DNA from: Girardia tigrina
Lineage: Eukaryota
Assembly (NCBI GenBank): GCA_001938485.1
Contig: MQRK01254984.1
Location: forward strand, 1-64,000
Length of the DNA stretch: 64,000 bases
Direction of reading: 5' to 3'
The position numbers and the translations under genes were made by a program. The notes below the pieces were generated by a model. It was not told where the DNA came from. It saw only the letters and a list, made by a program, of their open reading frames with translations, and searched no databases. The first letter of the stretch is position 1. Every line of letters begins with the position of its first letter. Shown here in pieces: positions 27,301 through 38,880 of the stretch.

Positions 27301-28180
27301 TTTCTGCATACGATGTTTTGACGACTAAAACATCATTTCTTTCTTCTTTTGATATGTTGTCCTCATAAATCTTAGCTTCCGCTCTCCTTTCATCCAACAT
27401 AGGTTTGAAAACAAATCGATCCTTCAGAACTTGAGATTTTATCAGCTTTTACAAAAGTTCATTCAAAATTTCTTCATCGTAGTGTTTCCTAAAATTTTCA
27501 ATTCTTTTCCGAACCCTTAATTCGAATTTTAAGAATCTTTCATTCTCACTTTGACAAATTTGGCTTAGTTTGTTCAATTCTTCCAACAGCGGTACTTTCT
27601 TTATAAATGTTTTCTGGAACCAATTTTTTGATTCCACGTCTGACATTGGTTTCTTACCCTCTTCTGTTGCATTCACCCAAAGAATTCTCACTTCGTCTAT
27701 CAAAAAATAGTTACACATTTCCGAGAATGTTAACCCAAAAAATTCTGAGCATTGGCATATGTCTCTACACCATATTTGACCTTCTTCAGAATCCACTCTA
27801 TTGTACTCTTTCATTCTCTTCTCGAGGGTTTCCTTAAAGATTGATGGTAGTTCTAGTTTAGGAAGCTTCAAAACTTTTATTGGAACACCAGCGTGGTCGC
27901 CAGTTAAATCTCCAGGTTTCACTTCACGATTCATAATATCAACAAGTAGAATTTATTTAATATTTACAATCTTTTTAGAATACTTAAACAAATTAATAAT
28001 CACAACTATTAATAATTTTTATTAACAGATTTTCATTTATTGAAAATAATTAGTATGAACTCAGAAATATATCGATCAAGAAAAATGTCAAATAGTGAAT
28101 GCGCTTGTGATATTAATAAATGTTGTAAAACTCATATTGATGTTATTAATACAAATAATTTATAGATTCTCGCCCACCAA
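24365..28180 (-). mobile_element. Degenerate Ty3/Gypsy retrotransposon internal region (gag-PR-RT-RH-IN)
   Basis: gag-like 27449-27934, two CCHC knuckles near 26900-27015, protease LWDSGA, RT YLDD, RNase H ILDTDTS, integrase DIAY..VDQFSK..ILTDNG; PBS-like TGGTGGGCGAGA at ~28168-28179; LTRs not evident. Confidence 0.92.
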
Positions 28181-28199
28181 ATCTTTATTTAAATAGCCT

Positions 28200-28576
28200 T
28201 AACAAGCAAGTGTGTCGATAATATGGGTACATACTTTGATGAATAATATAAATATTTGTATTGGTAAATTATCAATAAACTTTGATTTTAGTTCTACAAA
28301 TTTCAATTTTGACAATCTAATAATATTGATATTTTCAAGATTCTATGTAAGCATTTTGATAGTTATTGGATGAATTTTTTCTATAAAGCATTTTATTAAA
28401 TGTGTCAGGTTAAACTGAAATGAATGTTCAAAGGGCAGTCTCAATTAGTTTATTGAGAATTTTAATTAACGTGATTTTTTTCAAATCGATTAGATAATCA
28501 TTACTTTATCATTTATACACTGATGAATTAAATTATTAATCAGTGAGCTGAAAATGATATTTGATTCTTTGAAATA
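28200..28576 (+). mobile_element. Penelope-like 3' remnant whose decayed hammerhead is split by the Tigger element
   Basis: pLTR homology (GGCAGTCTCAA..TTATTGAGAATTTT..AATCAGTGA); CTGAAAA..GAAATA continues as TATC at 31704. Confidence 0.6.
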
Positions 28577-31500
28577 CATTCAGCTCCGCATTAGTGGATA
28601 CCGCTTTAGTGGATAATCCGCTATAGTGAATAGAGAGTCTTCGGTCCCGTTTTTTGTTATTGATATCAATGGTAAACAAGTCCGGTTTAGCGAATACCGG
28701 GTAAGAGGATAATTCACTTTAATGAATAATTCTCTACAGTACAAACGCCATTGGCCTCATTATTAAATTACTCCGCTTTAGTGAATAGTGTCAGTACATT
28801 GGCAAAATTTTATTGCCTATGATAGTCACACATCCTACTCTCTCATACACACAGAGACACAGTGACGAATTTAATCTCTTCACCTCTTGTTAACAGTTTC
28901 AGTGGCTTGCAGTAAAACTGCAAATATATGCCAAAATTAAATTAAAAATAATTTTCACAAAATTCATTCGCTCAATACAATTCAATTATGGATAAGAAAA
29001 AAGTTAAAGTGTTGACACTGCAGCAAAACGTTGAAATTATTAAGTAAAAAGAAACAGGCGGCAATAGCTAAGAAATATGATATAGGACAAGCTGTAATAT
29101 CTAGAATAGCTAGTAACAAGTATAAGCTTCTAACTGATTTGCAAAATAATACAAATCCGAACATGAAACGAAAACGTGCTGCACATGCGGCAGACATAGA
29201 AAATGCATTGTTGCATTGGTTCAGTCATGCATCAAGTAGACAGGTGCCAATAAGTGGACAAATTCTCAAATCAAAAGCAGAGGAGATTGCAAAGGAGCTT
29301 GGAATCAATGACTTCATAGCATCAACAGGGTGGTTAGAACGATGGAAACATCGCAACAACATCAACTTTAAGAAACAGCATGGTGAGAAACAGGATGCGG
29401 ATAACTGGAGTGCCGAACGATGGATCACCGATGTGCTTCCAGATCTGCTGAAAGATGTTGATCCATGCAATGTGTTCAATGCTGATGAAACCGGGCTATA
29501 CTGGAAAGGTCTTCCAGATAGAACATTAGCGTTCATGAATTCATATGTGTCCGGTGCTAAGATCGGCAAAGAGAGATTCACTATTCTTCTTGCTGCGAAC
29601 AGGGATGGATCAGAAAAGTAAGAGCCGTTTGAATTCGGTAAGAGTCAGAATCCATGTATTTCAAAAATGTTAAGAACTTGCAAGTTATGTATGAAGCCAA
29701 CCGCAATGTTTGGATGGTGTCTGAACTGTGGAATATGTGGTTACTGAAGGTTAATAGTTCGATGAAACTCCTAAATTGAAACATTCTGTTATTCTGCGAC
29801 AACTGTGAATCTCACAAAATCGATGTTAAGCTAACAAATATTAAACTAACCATCCTGCCACCAAATACAACGTCGTTGATTCAATATTGTAATGATTGAT
29901 TCTATATTGTAATCATTGCGAACTTCAAAAGGCCCGACAAGTCGCTCATGCTTCGTCAACTCATGAATGGGCATTCGACACACAAGACCCCGCCGAAGGG
30001 TAGCCCGTTGCCATGGCAACAGTTCCGGTTACCATAGCAACGGTCGCGGTTACTGTAGCCTAGGCAGCAACGGTTCCTGTTCACTTGGTGACGGTAACCA
30101 TGGTCTTAGTTATCATAGCAACGGTAACCAAGGAACGTTTTTCATTGGCAACGGATACAGTGATTCAAGGCGGTTGTAACCATGTAACGGTTACCGTATC
30201 CATAGCAACCGTGACCCTATCACTAAGGACCGTAGAAAAAGTGCTAATCGATCACTGCACAGTGCCCAGATGTGCTAATCGATACTTTAAAAGTGCTAAT
30301 CGATAGTGCACATAGTGCTGCACATTTCTAATGTGATAGCACAGTGCTTTTCAAGCTGCACATGTGTAAAAGTGCAAAAATCAATACATAACATTTTTTA
30401 AAGTGCTAGTGTCAAAAATCGATATCATGTGTTTGATGCACATTTTGATTCTCTATTTGAATGTGCAATTAGAAATTTAATATATTGATTACTTTTTCCT
30501 ATAATAAGCATAATGTGCAAATTTGCACAAGATGCACAAGGAAGCAGAATATAAAAAAGTGCTGATGCACTTGAATAGTAACCTATATACGTAAATTCAG
30601 ATTCCACATCATCATTTTCGAAAAAGTGCTGATTAATCGATTTTTTCAAACATTTCTGAAATTCTCAAAAAAGTGCTTAAAATCGATTTTTTCGTATATA
30701 TATGAAACCCATGTATTATATTATGTTGTTTACCATGTGTGTTGTTTACGGTCTTGTGTGTCGAATGCCAATTTTTCCCCTACTTATCAGTAATCGATAC
30801 TACCAACGAAGGTTCTGCAGCTCAGATAGCACTAAAGCAATCTCTTCTTGATGCGCTACACATTGTCAAACAAGGATGGAACAGGATTGAAACAACAACG
30901 ATTGCGAACTGTTTTCGACGCGCGAGCTTTGTGAAAGAGAGGCCGGTCGATGCAAATTCAGACATAACACTCGATGAGACTATCATTTACAAACCGGATG
31001 ATATGAATATGGACGAGTTCGTTAGTTATGTTTCTTTGGACAATGGTGTTGCGACAGAAAGTGATGAATTTAACGCACGTGACTCGATTAGTCTAACGGA
31101 TACTACAAATGTTGCACAGTCTGATGACGTTGATGACTATGAACCAGCAACCGTTTGCGCACCACCAACGCTGTCAATGACTCTGCAGGTCATTGATGTC
31201 ATTCGGAAATTTCTGGAAGCAAGGGGCTGCAAAACTATGATGATGTGTATCAGATGCAGAATAAAGTTAACGAGCTCGGACAGAAAACTTCAAAGCAAAG
31301 TTCTATTCTGGACTACTTCAAGAAACATTAATAAACTTGTTCCTACATTTCACTGTGGACTACAACTGTTCTATTCAAATTTATTGCATTGTTGTGTGTT
31401 TATGTACATATGTGTACATGTACATGTACTGTATATGGGTTCAAAAATACAGATAAAAAATACATATGAAGTAAAAAAAGAAAATATATAAAAATAAAAA

Positions 31501-31701
31501 AAAACAAAAATACATGTGCCTCCTTTGTCTGCAGTATCCTCGTCACAGGAGGTGGGAACAGCATTAAGCTAGCTAATAGCATACAATGCACATGAACATG
31601 TATACAAATGTGTAAATGTTAAAGTCCGCCATAATGGATAGTCCACTTTAGTGGATAATTTTAATTAGTCCACAGGCTATCTACTAAAGCGGAGCCGACT
31701 G
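28577..31701 (+). mobile_element. pogo/Tigger (TIGD4/6-like) transposon, degenerate
   Basis: TIR CAGTCGGCTCCGCTTTAGTRGATA-like at both ends, TA TSD; CENP-B HTH (FIASTGWLERWKHR) and FNADETGLYW (29031-29621); C-terminal fragment 30786-31330. Confidence 0.93.
29969..30780. mobile_element. Non-autonomous TIR element nested in Tigger, with internal GTTACCATAGCAACG-like and AGTGC repeats
   Basis: Perfect 20-bp IR GGCATTCGACACACAAGACC (29970-29989) / GGTCTTGTGTGTCGAATGCC (30750-30769). Confidence 0.8.
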
Positions 31702-31896
31702 TATATCAAATGTTGATTATCAAACGATGTCGTGTTTTTTAGAATTATTTAAGTGTTACAACCACTTTAATATTCTATATTTGTAAAATGGTCTCTGTTA
31801 CAAAATAATTTTATTCTTAATAATTAAATTTTACCAGAGGCAAATGCAAGAAATAATCCCTGAGGGAAGAGTGATTTCATTTAAAAAGTAAATAAA

Positions 31897-31939
31897 TTGA
31901 TAATATATTTCAGCGGTTTAACCGTCATCATCAGATCAC
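31897..31939 (-). ncRNA. Minimal hammerhead ribozyme in inverted pLTR (partly mutated)
   Basis: GTGAT-CTGATGA-TGACGG-TTAAA-CCGCT-GAAA-TATATT-ATCAA. Confidence 0.7.
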
Positions 31940-32116
31940 TGATTATGTTCTTTTTTATTGCTTTTATATAAGAAATGAATAGTTACGTAATCAGTTACGT
32001 AAGTCTAATCGAAAACTCATAACAAATTAGTTGAGAGTGCTGTTTGAACATTGATTTTTGGATCACATGATCTTATCAACAATTGATATTAACTAAGAAT
32101 TGATATTATCTAAGAA

Positions 32117-32503
32117 CATGGCCGTTCTTAGTTGGTGGAGCGGTTTGTCTGGTTAATTCCGATAACGAATAAGACTATGACCTACTAAATAGTGTGATTG
32201 TGTTTAATCGCAATTACATAACTTCTTAGAGGAATTAATAACGTTTAGCTAAATGAAATGGAGCAATAACAGGTCTGTGATGCCCTTAGATGTCCGGGGC
32301 CACATGTGCGCTACAATCACGGTAACAGCTAGTTTTATTCCTAGCTAGAAATGGCCGGGCAACCTGCTGAAACACTGTCGTGTCAGGAATAGTGGATTGA
32401 AATTATCCCACTTGAACGAGGAATTCCTATTAAATACAAATCACTAACTTGTGCTGATTACGTCACTGCCCTTTGTACATACCACCCTTCGCTACTACCG
32501 ATT
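32117..32503 (+). rRNA. 18S rRNA 3'-region fragment (pseudogene, ~390 nt)
   Basis: CATGGCCGTTCTTAGTTGGTGGAGC, GTTAATTCCGATAACGAA, GCAATAACAGGTCTGTGATGCCCTTAGATG, CTGCCCTTTGTACA..CGCTACTACCGATT; substitutions at normally invariant sites. Confidence 0.97.
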
Positions 32504-33089
32504 ACAGGAAACTATAGAATTATGTTGTGAACTTTGGCCTAAGAATAATCTGGACAATTCTGATTTATATGAAGTTGCTTTTCGAAAACTCTTAACAATT
32601 GCTACTTCAAATGTCCATTTTCTATTTAATGATGAATGGTACAAACAAATAGATTGGATTGCAATGGGTTCACCATTGGCTCCAACGTTAGCCTCTATAT
32701 TTCTTTCTTCCATTGAAGAAAAAATAGAATTGTTTTTGGGGAAAAAGTCACTACTTTATAAAAGATATGTGATGATATCTTTCTAGTCTTTGACTCTCGA
32801 TAAAATGTTTTTCCTTTTCTAGATTAGATGAATTCAATTCATCCAAATATAATCTTTACAGTAGAACAGGTGTTGTATCTCAGCAGAGGGTTTTTTTGGT
32901 TTCTTTACCAACTTTCAACTCGAGAGGTTCAATCGGAATCGACGGGAAAGGATATTCGAGTGCTTCTTTTACTAGTTCAAGTTGAGACTGCAAAATGCCC
33001 GAGACTGAATACTTGCCGCGAACGGGAACGGCCAGCGATTTGATCAGTGGCTTCAATGACGTATCGCTCATGATAAAGCACATATGAAG

Positions 33090-33895
33090 TTCGTTGTCGT
33101 ATCGAATTGAGATAGCGGTCACGGGTTCCGTGTGACCGTGGAGATCTAACACTCGCTGTGTCAGGTCAGTCGGTAGATAAGTGCTAACTTTATTGTCCAG
33201 GAAACCGATCACCAATAATCGATTGTCTGAAGTAATAGAGAGACAACTGATCCCATGATTAAAATGAGGTATTGATGAGTTGTTTAACGTGCTGCAAGAC
33301 AATTCCATCTGATCCTTTGAAGCATTGTTTGACGTATATTTCATCGACCAAATTTTGATTGATTTATGGGTACTAGCAGATATCATTGATATTTTATCGG
33401 AACTTAATACAAGAGAAGTTATCGAATCTTGATGATGTTTAATCGATTGGATTAACGTTCCTTCTTTCAAACTGTACATATACATCCATCCATTCTTAAA
33501 TCCAATAACTGCAAATCGATCACCCGGTAATAATAATCCACAATGTGCCAATCAGTTTTTGTTTTTCATCAACTCCATTGACCTTTTTATTCTTATTCTC
33601 TGAACACCATTCGACTGTTGAAGACGGTTTGAAGACCGATTTAATCTATAACTTTGCCTCTGATAACGACACTGTAAAAAGACCATCTCTATCTGACGTG
33701 AACTGGCAGTAGATTATGGCAGATCGATGCCCCAGACCGGCAATATGTTCTTTAGTCGTCATCTCTTTACAGGAAGGGAGGTCGAGAGAAAATATAGCCA
33801 CAGTATTGTTTTTCATTGAACAAAGCAATTCTACTGTTTCATGAGGTATAGATTTGGTGCGGACTGAAACACTTTTACAACCGGAAGGAATTTCG
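33090..33895 (-). pseudogene. WDR3: Intronless internal fragment of WDR3/UTP12 (SSU processome WD40 protein)
   Basis: NNTVAIFSL, GHRSAI, LPGDRFAVIG, KSIKIW, LDNKVSTY, LHGHTEPVTAISI match human WDR3 NNLVELYSL, GHRSDV, VPGDRQVVIG, KSVKFW, LDCTVKIF, LYGHKLPVICMDI; stop and frameshift near 33550-33650. Confidence 0.85.
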
Positions 33896-34641
33896 ATATG
33901 ATCAAAGGTTTGTTATATCGCTCTTGGTCTCTTTCTTCTACATTTTCAAAATATATTAAAAGTATTGATACAATGAGCAAATTATTGAATAATAATGGTT
34001 ACTCTAAGTCCATCATAGACAGATTCACTCGTGAGACTGCAGATAACATAAATGAAAAAGACAAAATCAATAATGAACAAATTAATAGTTTAAACAATGT
34101 AAACTGCTTTACGCATGGGTATACTTTAAGTTTACCTTACTCTGTGGGTTTTAAACACATCAAGAATTCGATCTTGAAATCAACAAATAATATTTTAAAT
34201 TAAAAAAAATTATTTCTCAATCATTTAAAGTTGAGAATATGTTTTGCAATAAATCAAATACTCCTTTAGGATTGTGTTCGGACATTGTTTATCAATACAC
34301 ATGTAATGGGTACAATGCTACATAAATCGGAGAGACTGCCCGTCATCTCTGCAAAAGAGTCCAAGAACACAGTGAAAAAGGTGGAAAGAGTAATATTGTT
34401 GAGCATAAAAAACTTGTAAATGTAATATTAGCATAAATGATTTTAAGATTTTGTGCAAGCATTTTAAAAATTATTGAGAGAGAGTGTGATGTGAAGCATT
34501 GTTGATAAGATCATGTGATCCGAAAATCAATGTTCAAAGAACACTCTCAACTAATTTGTCAAGAGTTTTCTATTAGACTTTTTCTAAGTGATTATATAAT
34601 CATTCATTCTTATATAAAAGCAATAAAAAAGAACATAATCA

Positions 34642-34684
34642 GTGATCTGATGATGACGGCTAAACTGTCGAAATATATCATCAC
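34642..34684 (+). ncRNA. Intact minimal type I hammerhead ribozyme (PLE pLTR)
   Basis: Stem I GTGAT/ATCAC, core CTGATGA, extra U, stem II GACGG/CTGTC, GAAA, palindromic stem III ATATAT, AUC cleavage site at 34679. Confidence 0.9.
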
Positions 34685-35940
34685 AAAATATATTTTTAAA
34701 TGGTGTTTATTTGTTTATAATAAAAAATTACCATCTTTTTTCAAGTTTAAATTGATAAAAAACAGAATTTTAGAAATCCTTCTCAACATAGTATCATTTT
34801 TTACATGGGTACCTACATGAAATTTACATTTGTTGCACTCATACTGTAAGTGCAAATTTTTGGGGCATTTTAGTTACAAAATAAAGCTATCTTAGGTAAA
34901 ATTTAAAATGAATGAGTGTCTCCTATTGATATAAAGATAATAAAAGAATGAAAATTCTGAGTAAAACTCAATTTCTTTTAAATAATTATTATTGTAAAAA
35001 TGACTCATTGAGTCATCAATCGAGAATCCGGTGTGTGTCTATTTCATTTTAGATCGATTAAATATGGCTAGCCAATCAGAGCAAGTAAGTGGCTTGAGAG
35101 AAATTGTCATTATTTTTACGATAATGAATTAATTCTTTTGGCACGATAAAGTTTATGAACTCGATTTGAATCTGATTGTTAAAGTCGTATGAATACTCGA
35201 TTTTGTGAAAGATTTTTGTGAAAAATATATTTTTTTGAATAAATTCGAATTTATTGAATAGCACATTTGTATGCTTTTAAATCTGTTCTTAATGAATTTA
35301 AAATTGAAAATTATTTAAAACGAATTTTTAAAGATTCAGAAATATAAAGGAAATTTATTTTGTAGGATCACTCTGAAGAAGAATGATAACAAATGGGCCC
35401 AGTACGACATACCCGAGTCTAAAAAAATTGACACTGCGTCTTTGATACCACCATCCGGTCTTTGTGGCAACTTGGGGATGAGGCGGAACACTAACTGTCA
35501 TTTAAATTGAATCTTTTTTTCACTTCTTCTGATTTTATCAGTAAAAGTCCTCTTCAACTTAGGTTGATACTGGGTTTATTTTTGATACAATATTTTTGAT
35601 TTATGACCTAACTATAATTTTCTCTTATGAGAAAATATTATTTTAAAAACACATTCAAATCAGCGCTTGGACATATTTTAGCAAAATTTATAATATTTAA
35701 TCGACATAATTGATTAAAAACATTTTAAAAACTTACCAGTTTAGAACTTGGACTTCTCCATGATTTGAGATTATATTAGACTGAACTAAATTTGGAATCT
35801 TTTTTTGTTCCATCAAATATTTTGAGTTATTTCTCATTAAATAAATGAATAAAGTTATCAGAATTTAGAAGCTCGATTTGTTTTTCTTTGTGACAGTCAC
35901 AGACTAGAGAACTTAATTTAATTAAAATATATGCCCGTTT

Positions 35941-37605
35941 TCATTTCTTTCGTTTCGAAAACGTTATACTATCACACGAAGCCTTTCTATTCTTTGAAGA
36001 ATCCGATAACATATTTTCTTTACTTGTGGACGAAGAAATGGAAACCATTCCATTTTCTGTATTTCCTACCTCTGTACCAGCAAAAAGACATTTCAAACTG
36101 TGTTTTTTGGAAGACTTCCGCTTGTAAGTTTTATAAAATGTTAATACTTTGTTTACAACATATTGAAAACTATCAGTTGCTTTTTCATGAGACACGCGAT
36201 GTGTTTTGGATTTTTCAACCTTTCTAACATCTTGAACTAATCGTTCTGTAAATTTATTAATTAATGTAAAATCAACCGACTCAACAGATTCTGTTTCTGC
36301 TCTTGAAAGATGTATATTATCGTAAACTGAGCAAGTGATAGAATTGTCTGATGCCGTTCTTTGGGAAATAAGATCCATCATCGGTACGTTGGGTTTACCA
36401 ACCAATTTATCTAAATTAAACATATGAGACAATGCCAAAAAGGATTCTCTCGAGATTGGTAAGGTTTCCAATATTTGATCTTCTTCTTTACTTCCTTTGG
36501 GTATAACAATATTTTTAAACAAAAAAGAACTTATGCCATCTACAAATCCGAAATTTCCACAATAAAACCCGTGTTTATGTGTTTGTCCACTATAATTAAC
36601 GTAAACTGTTCCAGAAAACGTTCTCTCTAAAGGCTTGGAAAATTCTTTTATTTTACTTTCAGTATATAATATTGAAAGAATAAATGTTGAATCTTCATCG
36701 TACATAATATTTCCACCATTATATTTACTGTTATATGTCGTATAGTTGGGAACGATTGGGAATAAAATCTTTTTTGGCTCTGCTTTAACGAGTTCTTTAT
36801 TTAAAGTTACATCGTTATTGACTTCTAAAGAATTGAGAGTCGATTTGACTTTGGAAGTTGACTGAGACTTCAAGTGTCTTTCTTCAATCGGGGAAACCGC
36901 GAAATGGTTCCATTCGGTATCGTGTTCGAGATATGTTCTGAATGCTGGATATTTATAGCTTGAAGCTAAACTTGACGGTTTTTTAAAGAAACTTTCAGGC
37001 AGTAATTCCGTTTCAGTGGTCAGATCTCGAAAAGGTTTCATTAAAAATGTCGACTCGTCCATAGATTTACTTAAATTCATCGAATGTCGTACATCGGATT
37101 TCCGAAATCTTATCCCCGAATTAGGAAAAGCGAGGAATTCTTCCTGATTTCTATTATATTCGTTTCTAATAGATTGAAAATAACGATATTCTTTCTTGTT
37201 GTTCTCGTCAGAACTATTGTCGATTAATAATCCGTTTCGATTTCGACGGAATTTAAAAATTTCCGCAAACAACTTCGATTTGATAATGTTGTGAAATTGT
37301 TTGCCGGCCGGCAATTTATAATAGTAGCATTTATTGCCATTGCACGCGATCGGAATCGGTTTATTGCTTGATACATTTGCCGCTGAAAATTGGTAATTTC
37401 CCGACAATTCTACTAATAGACCACTTTTCACGGACTTGGTCACCACTGGAAGACGCCTGCATTTACTGACCGATGACTTTTTCAGATAGTTTTTATGAAT
37501 TTTCTTGTCGTTCTGGCGGATAATCGCTATCAATTCCGTATTGATGTACTTGTTAGTCGGTAGAGAGAACTCGGCTTTTCGAAATGGATAAAGTGTGACA
37601 GGCAT
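35941..37605 (-). CDS. Uncharacterised 554-aa protein (long exon of a host gene)
   Basis: 1.66-kb open frame from ATG in very AT-rich DNA, protein-like composition, no recognisable domain or TE motif. Confidence 0.7.
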   Translation of the reverse strand: MPVTLYPFRKAEFSLPTNKYINTELIAIIRQNDKKIHKNYLKKSSVSKCRRLPVVTKSVKSGLLVELSGNYQFSAANVSSNKPIPIACNGNKCYYYKLPAGKQFHNIIKSKLFAEIFKFRRNRNGLLIDNSSDENNKKEYRYFQSIRNEYNRNQEEFLAFPNSGIRFRKSDVRHSMNLSKSMDESTFLMKPFRDLTTETELLPESFFKKPSSLASSYKYPAFRTYLEHDTEWNHFAVSPIEERHLKSQSTSKVKSTLNSLEVNNDVTLNKELVKAEPKKILFPIVPNYTTYNSKYNGGNIMYDEDSTFILSILYTESKIKEFSKPLERTFSGTVYVNYSGQTHKHGFYCGNFGFVDGISSFLFKNIVIPKGSKEEDQILETLPISRESFLALSHMFNLDKLVGKPNVPMMDLISQRTASDNSITCSVYDNIHLSRAETESVESVDFTLINKFTERLVQDVRKVEKSKTHRVSHEKATDSFQYVVNKVLTFYKTYKRKSSKKHSLKCLFAGTEVGNTENGMVSISSSTSKENMLSDSSKNRKASCDSITFSKRKK

Positions 37606-38017
37606 ATGACATATTTATCCAGAAATTAAATAAGAATATTTAAATAAATTAAAAACAGCTTCTTTTTCATCAAATTAATATAAATACTAAAATAATCGAT
37701 CGATTTCATTTAATTAATATTTATATAATAAATGACATTTAATTTAATAATTTAATTATAAAACGGTGGAACGGTATTATATTCGTTTGCGATTTTTAGT
37801 CATCAAACGGTATTTAATACAAATTTTCTATTACCTTTATGTCATTTTTTTAATCTTTTTTTTAATTTTTAATATGAAATTTTTTAGTAAGTCATTTGGT
37901 TATAACCTTTTTTACATTTGGTTAGAACTAACTACATATAATTCAATAATAATAACATAAAAAATGTATATCGGTATTTAATTCATTTAAGTATATATTA
38001 TTTTCAAATTAAAATAT

Positions 38018-38746
38018 AATAATATTATTAATAAAAAAAATTTTTATAAAAACAACCACGTTTTTCAAGCATTACCAATGCACTAAAAAGAGGAAAATAA
38101 TTTTTTTCTAGACATGTGCGAAATTTTATACNNNNNNNNNNNNNNNNNNNNNNNNNNNNNNNNNNNNNNNNNNNNNNNNNNCCTCTTTACTGCTTTTTAG
38201 TAACAATCGATCATTTCTATGCCCCAAGTTTTTGGTTAGGTATAAAATTTCTCACATGTCTAGAAAAAAATTATTTTCCTCTTTTTAGTGCATTGGTAAT
38301 TCTTGAAAAACGTGGTTGTTTTTATAAAAAATTTTTTTATTAATAATATTATTTAACTATTTTTAGTTATCATTTAGGAATTCAAATCGTTCGATTGATT
38401 TCGAATATCAAAAATGATAATAAAACCAAAATAAAACTTTTTAAACCTAATTTTAATACTTCTACACTTAATTATCACTTGATTTTCACAATATTTGTTC
38501 AATTTATTAATTTTTTCCGTACATCATTAACATGGATTATTTTCCCGTATAGGACATAAGCTATTTAATTATAGCAAATACGGTTTATGTAGAGCCGTAA
38601 ATGTTTTAAAATATTGTATTGTCATCGGAAGCAAGCCTGTATAAAAAAATTCAGCTCAATTGGATGACTGAAAGTGGTCGAAAAATCAATCGCAAGATTT
38701 GTTCCAGACAAACAGACAAGAAAGCAAGCTAATAAAAACGTGGTAA
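38018..38746 (-). mobile_element. HINE/Helentron-type element, copy 2 (lacks the 296-bp insert)
   Basis: Near-identical ends, foldback arms and microsatellite to 18316-19489. Confidence 0.75.
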
Positions 38747-38830
38747 AAAATACATTAAAGTGATTTAAAATCTATTAGAAATCCTTCATGAAGTATTCAA
38801 ATATTGCATACTAGAAAAACTCGTCATGTA

Positions 38831-38880
38831 CAGGGGCGTAGCTAAAGGGGGGAAATAGGGGATCGATCCCCCCTCAGAAA
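38831..38880 (+). mobile_element. hAT element terminus
   Basis: CAGGGGCGTAGCT followed by G-run/C-run subterminal motif. Confidence 0.5.

Larger units (their letters stand above)
31880..34700 (+). mobile_element. Chimeric 5'-truncated Penelope-like element with inverted 5' pseudo-LTR
   Basis: RT LQETIELCC..YKQID.IAMGSPLAPTLA..YKRYV(DD) 32504-32869; resumes MIKGLLYRSWS at 33898; GIY-YIG remnant (VYQYTC..IGET) 34280-34350; 31880-32082 is an inverted copy of 34499-34700. Confidence 0.92.

Noticed and set aside
29990-30420. Short repeats with variable spacers resembling a CRISPR array
   Set aside because: Irregular subterminal repeats of a TIR element in eukaryotic DNA; no constant period and no cas genes
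32117-32503. Functional rDNA unit or rDNA-targeted (R-element) insertion
   Set aside because: Only an isolated mutated fragment; no rRNA continues on the far side of the element
32910-33050. Resemblance of SGILQSQ.E.V.EA to bacterial PrmA methyltransferase C-terminus
   Set aside because: Too short to support without a search; left unassigned
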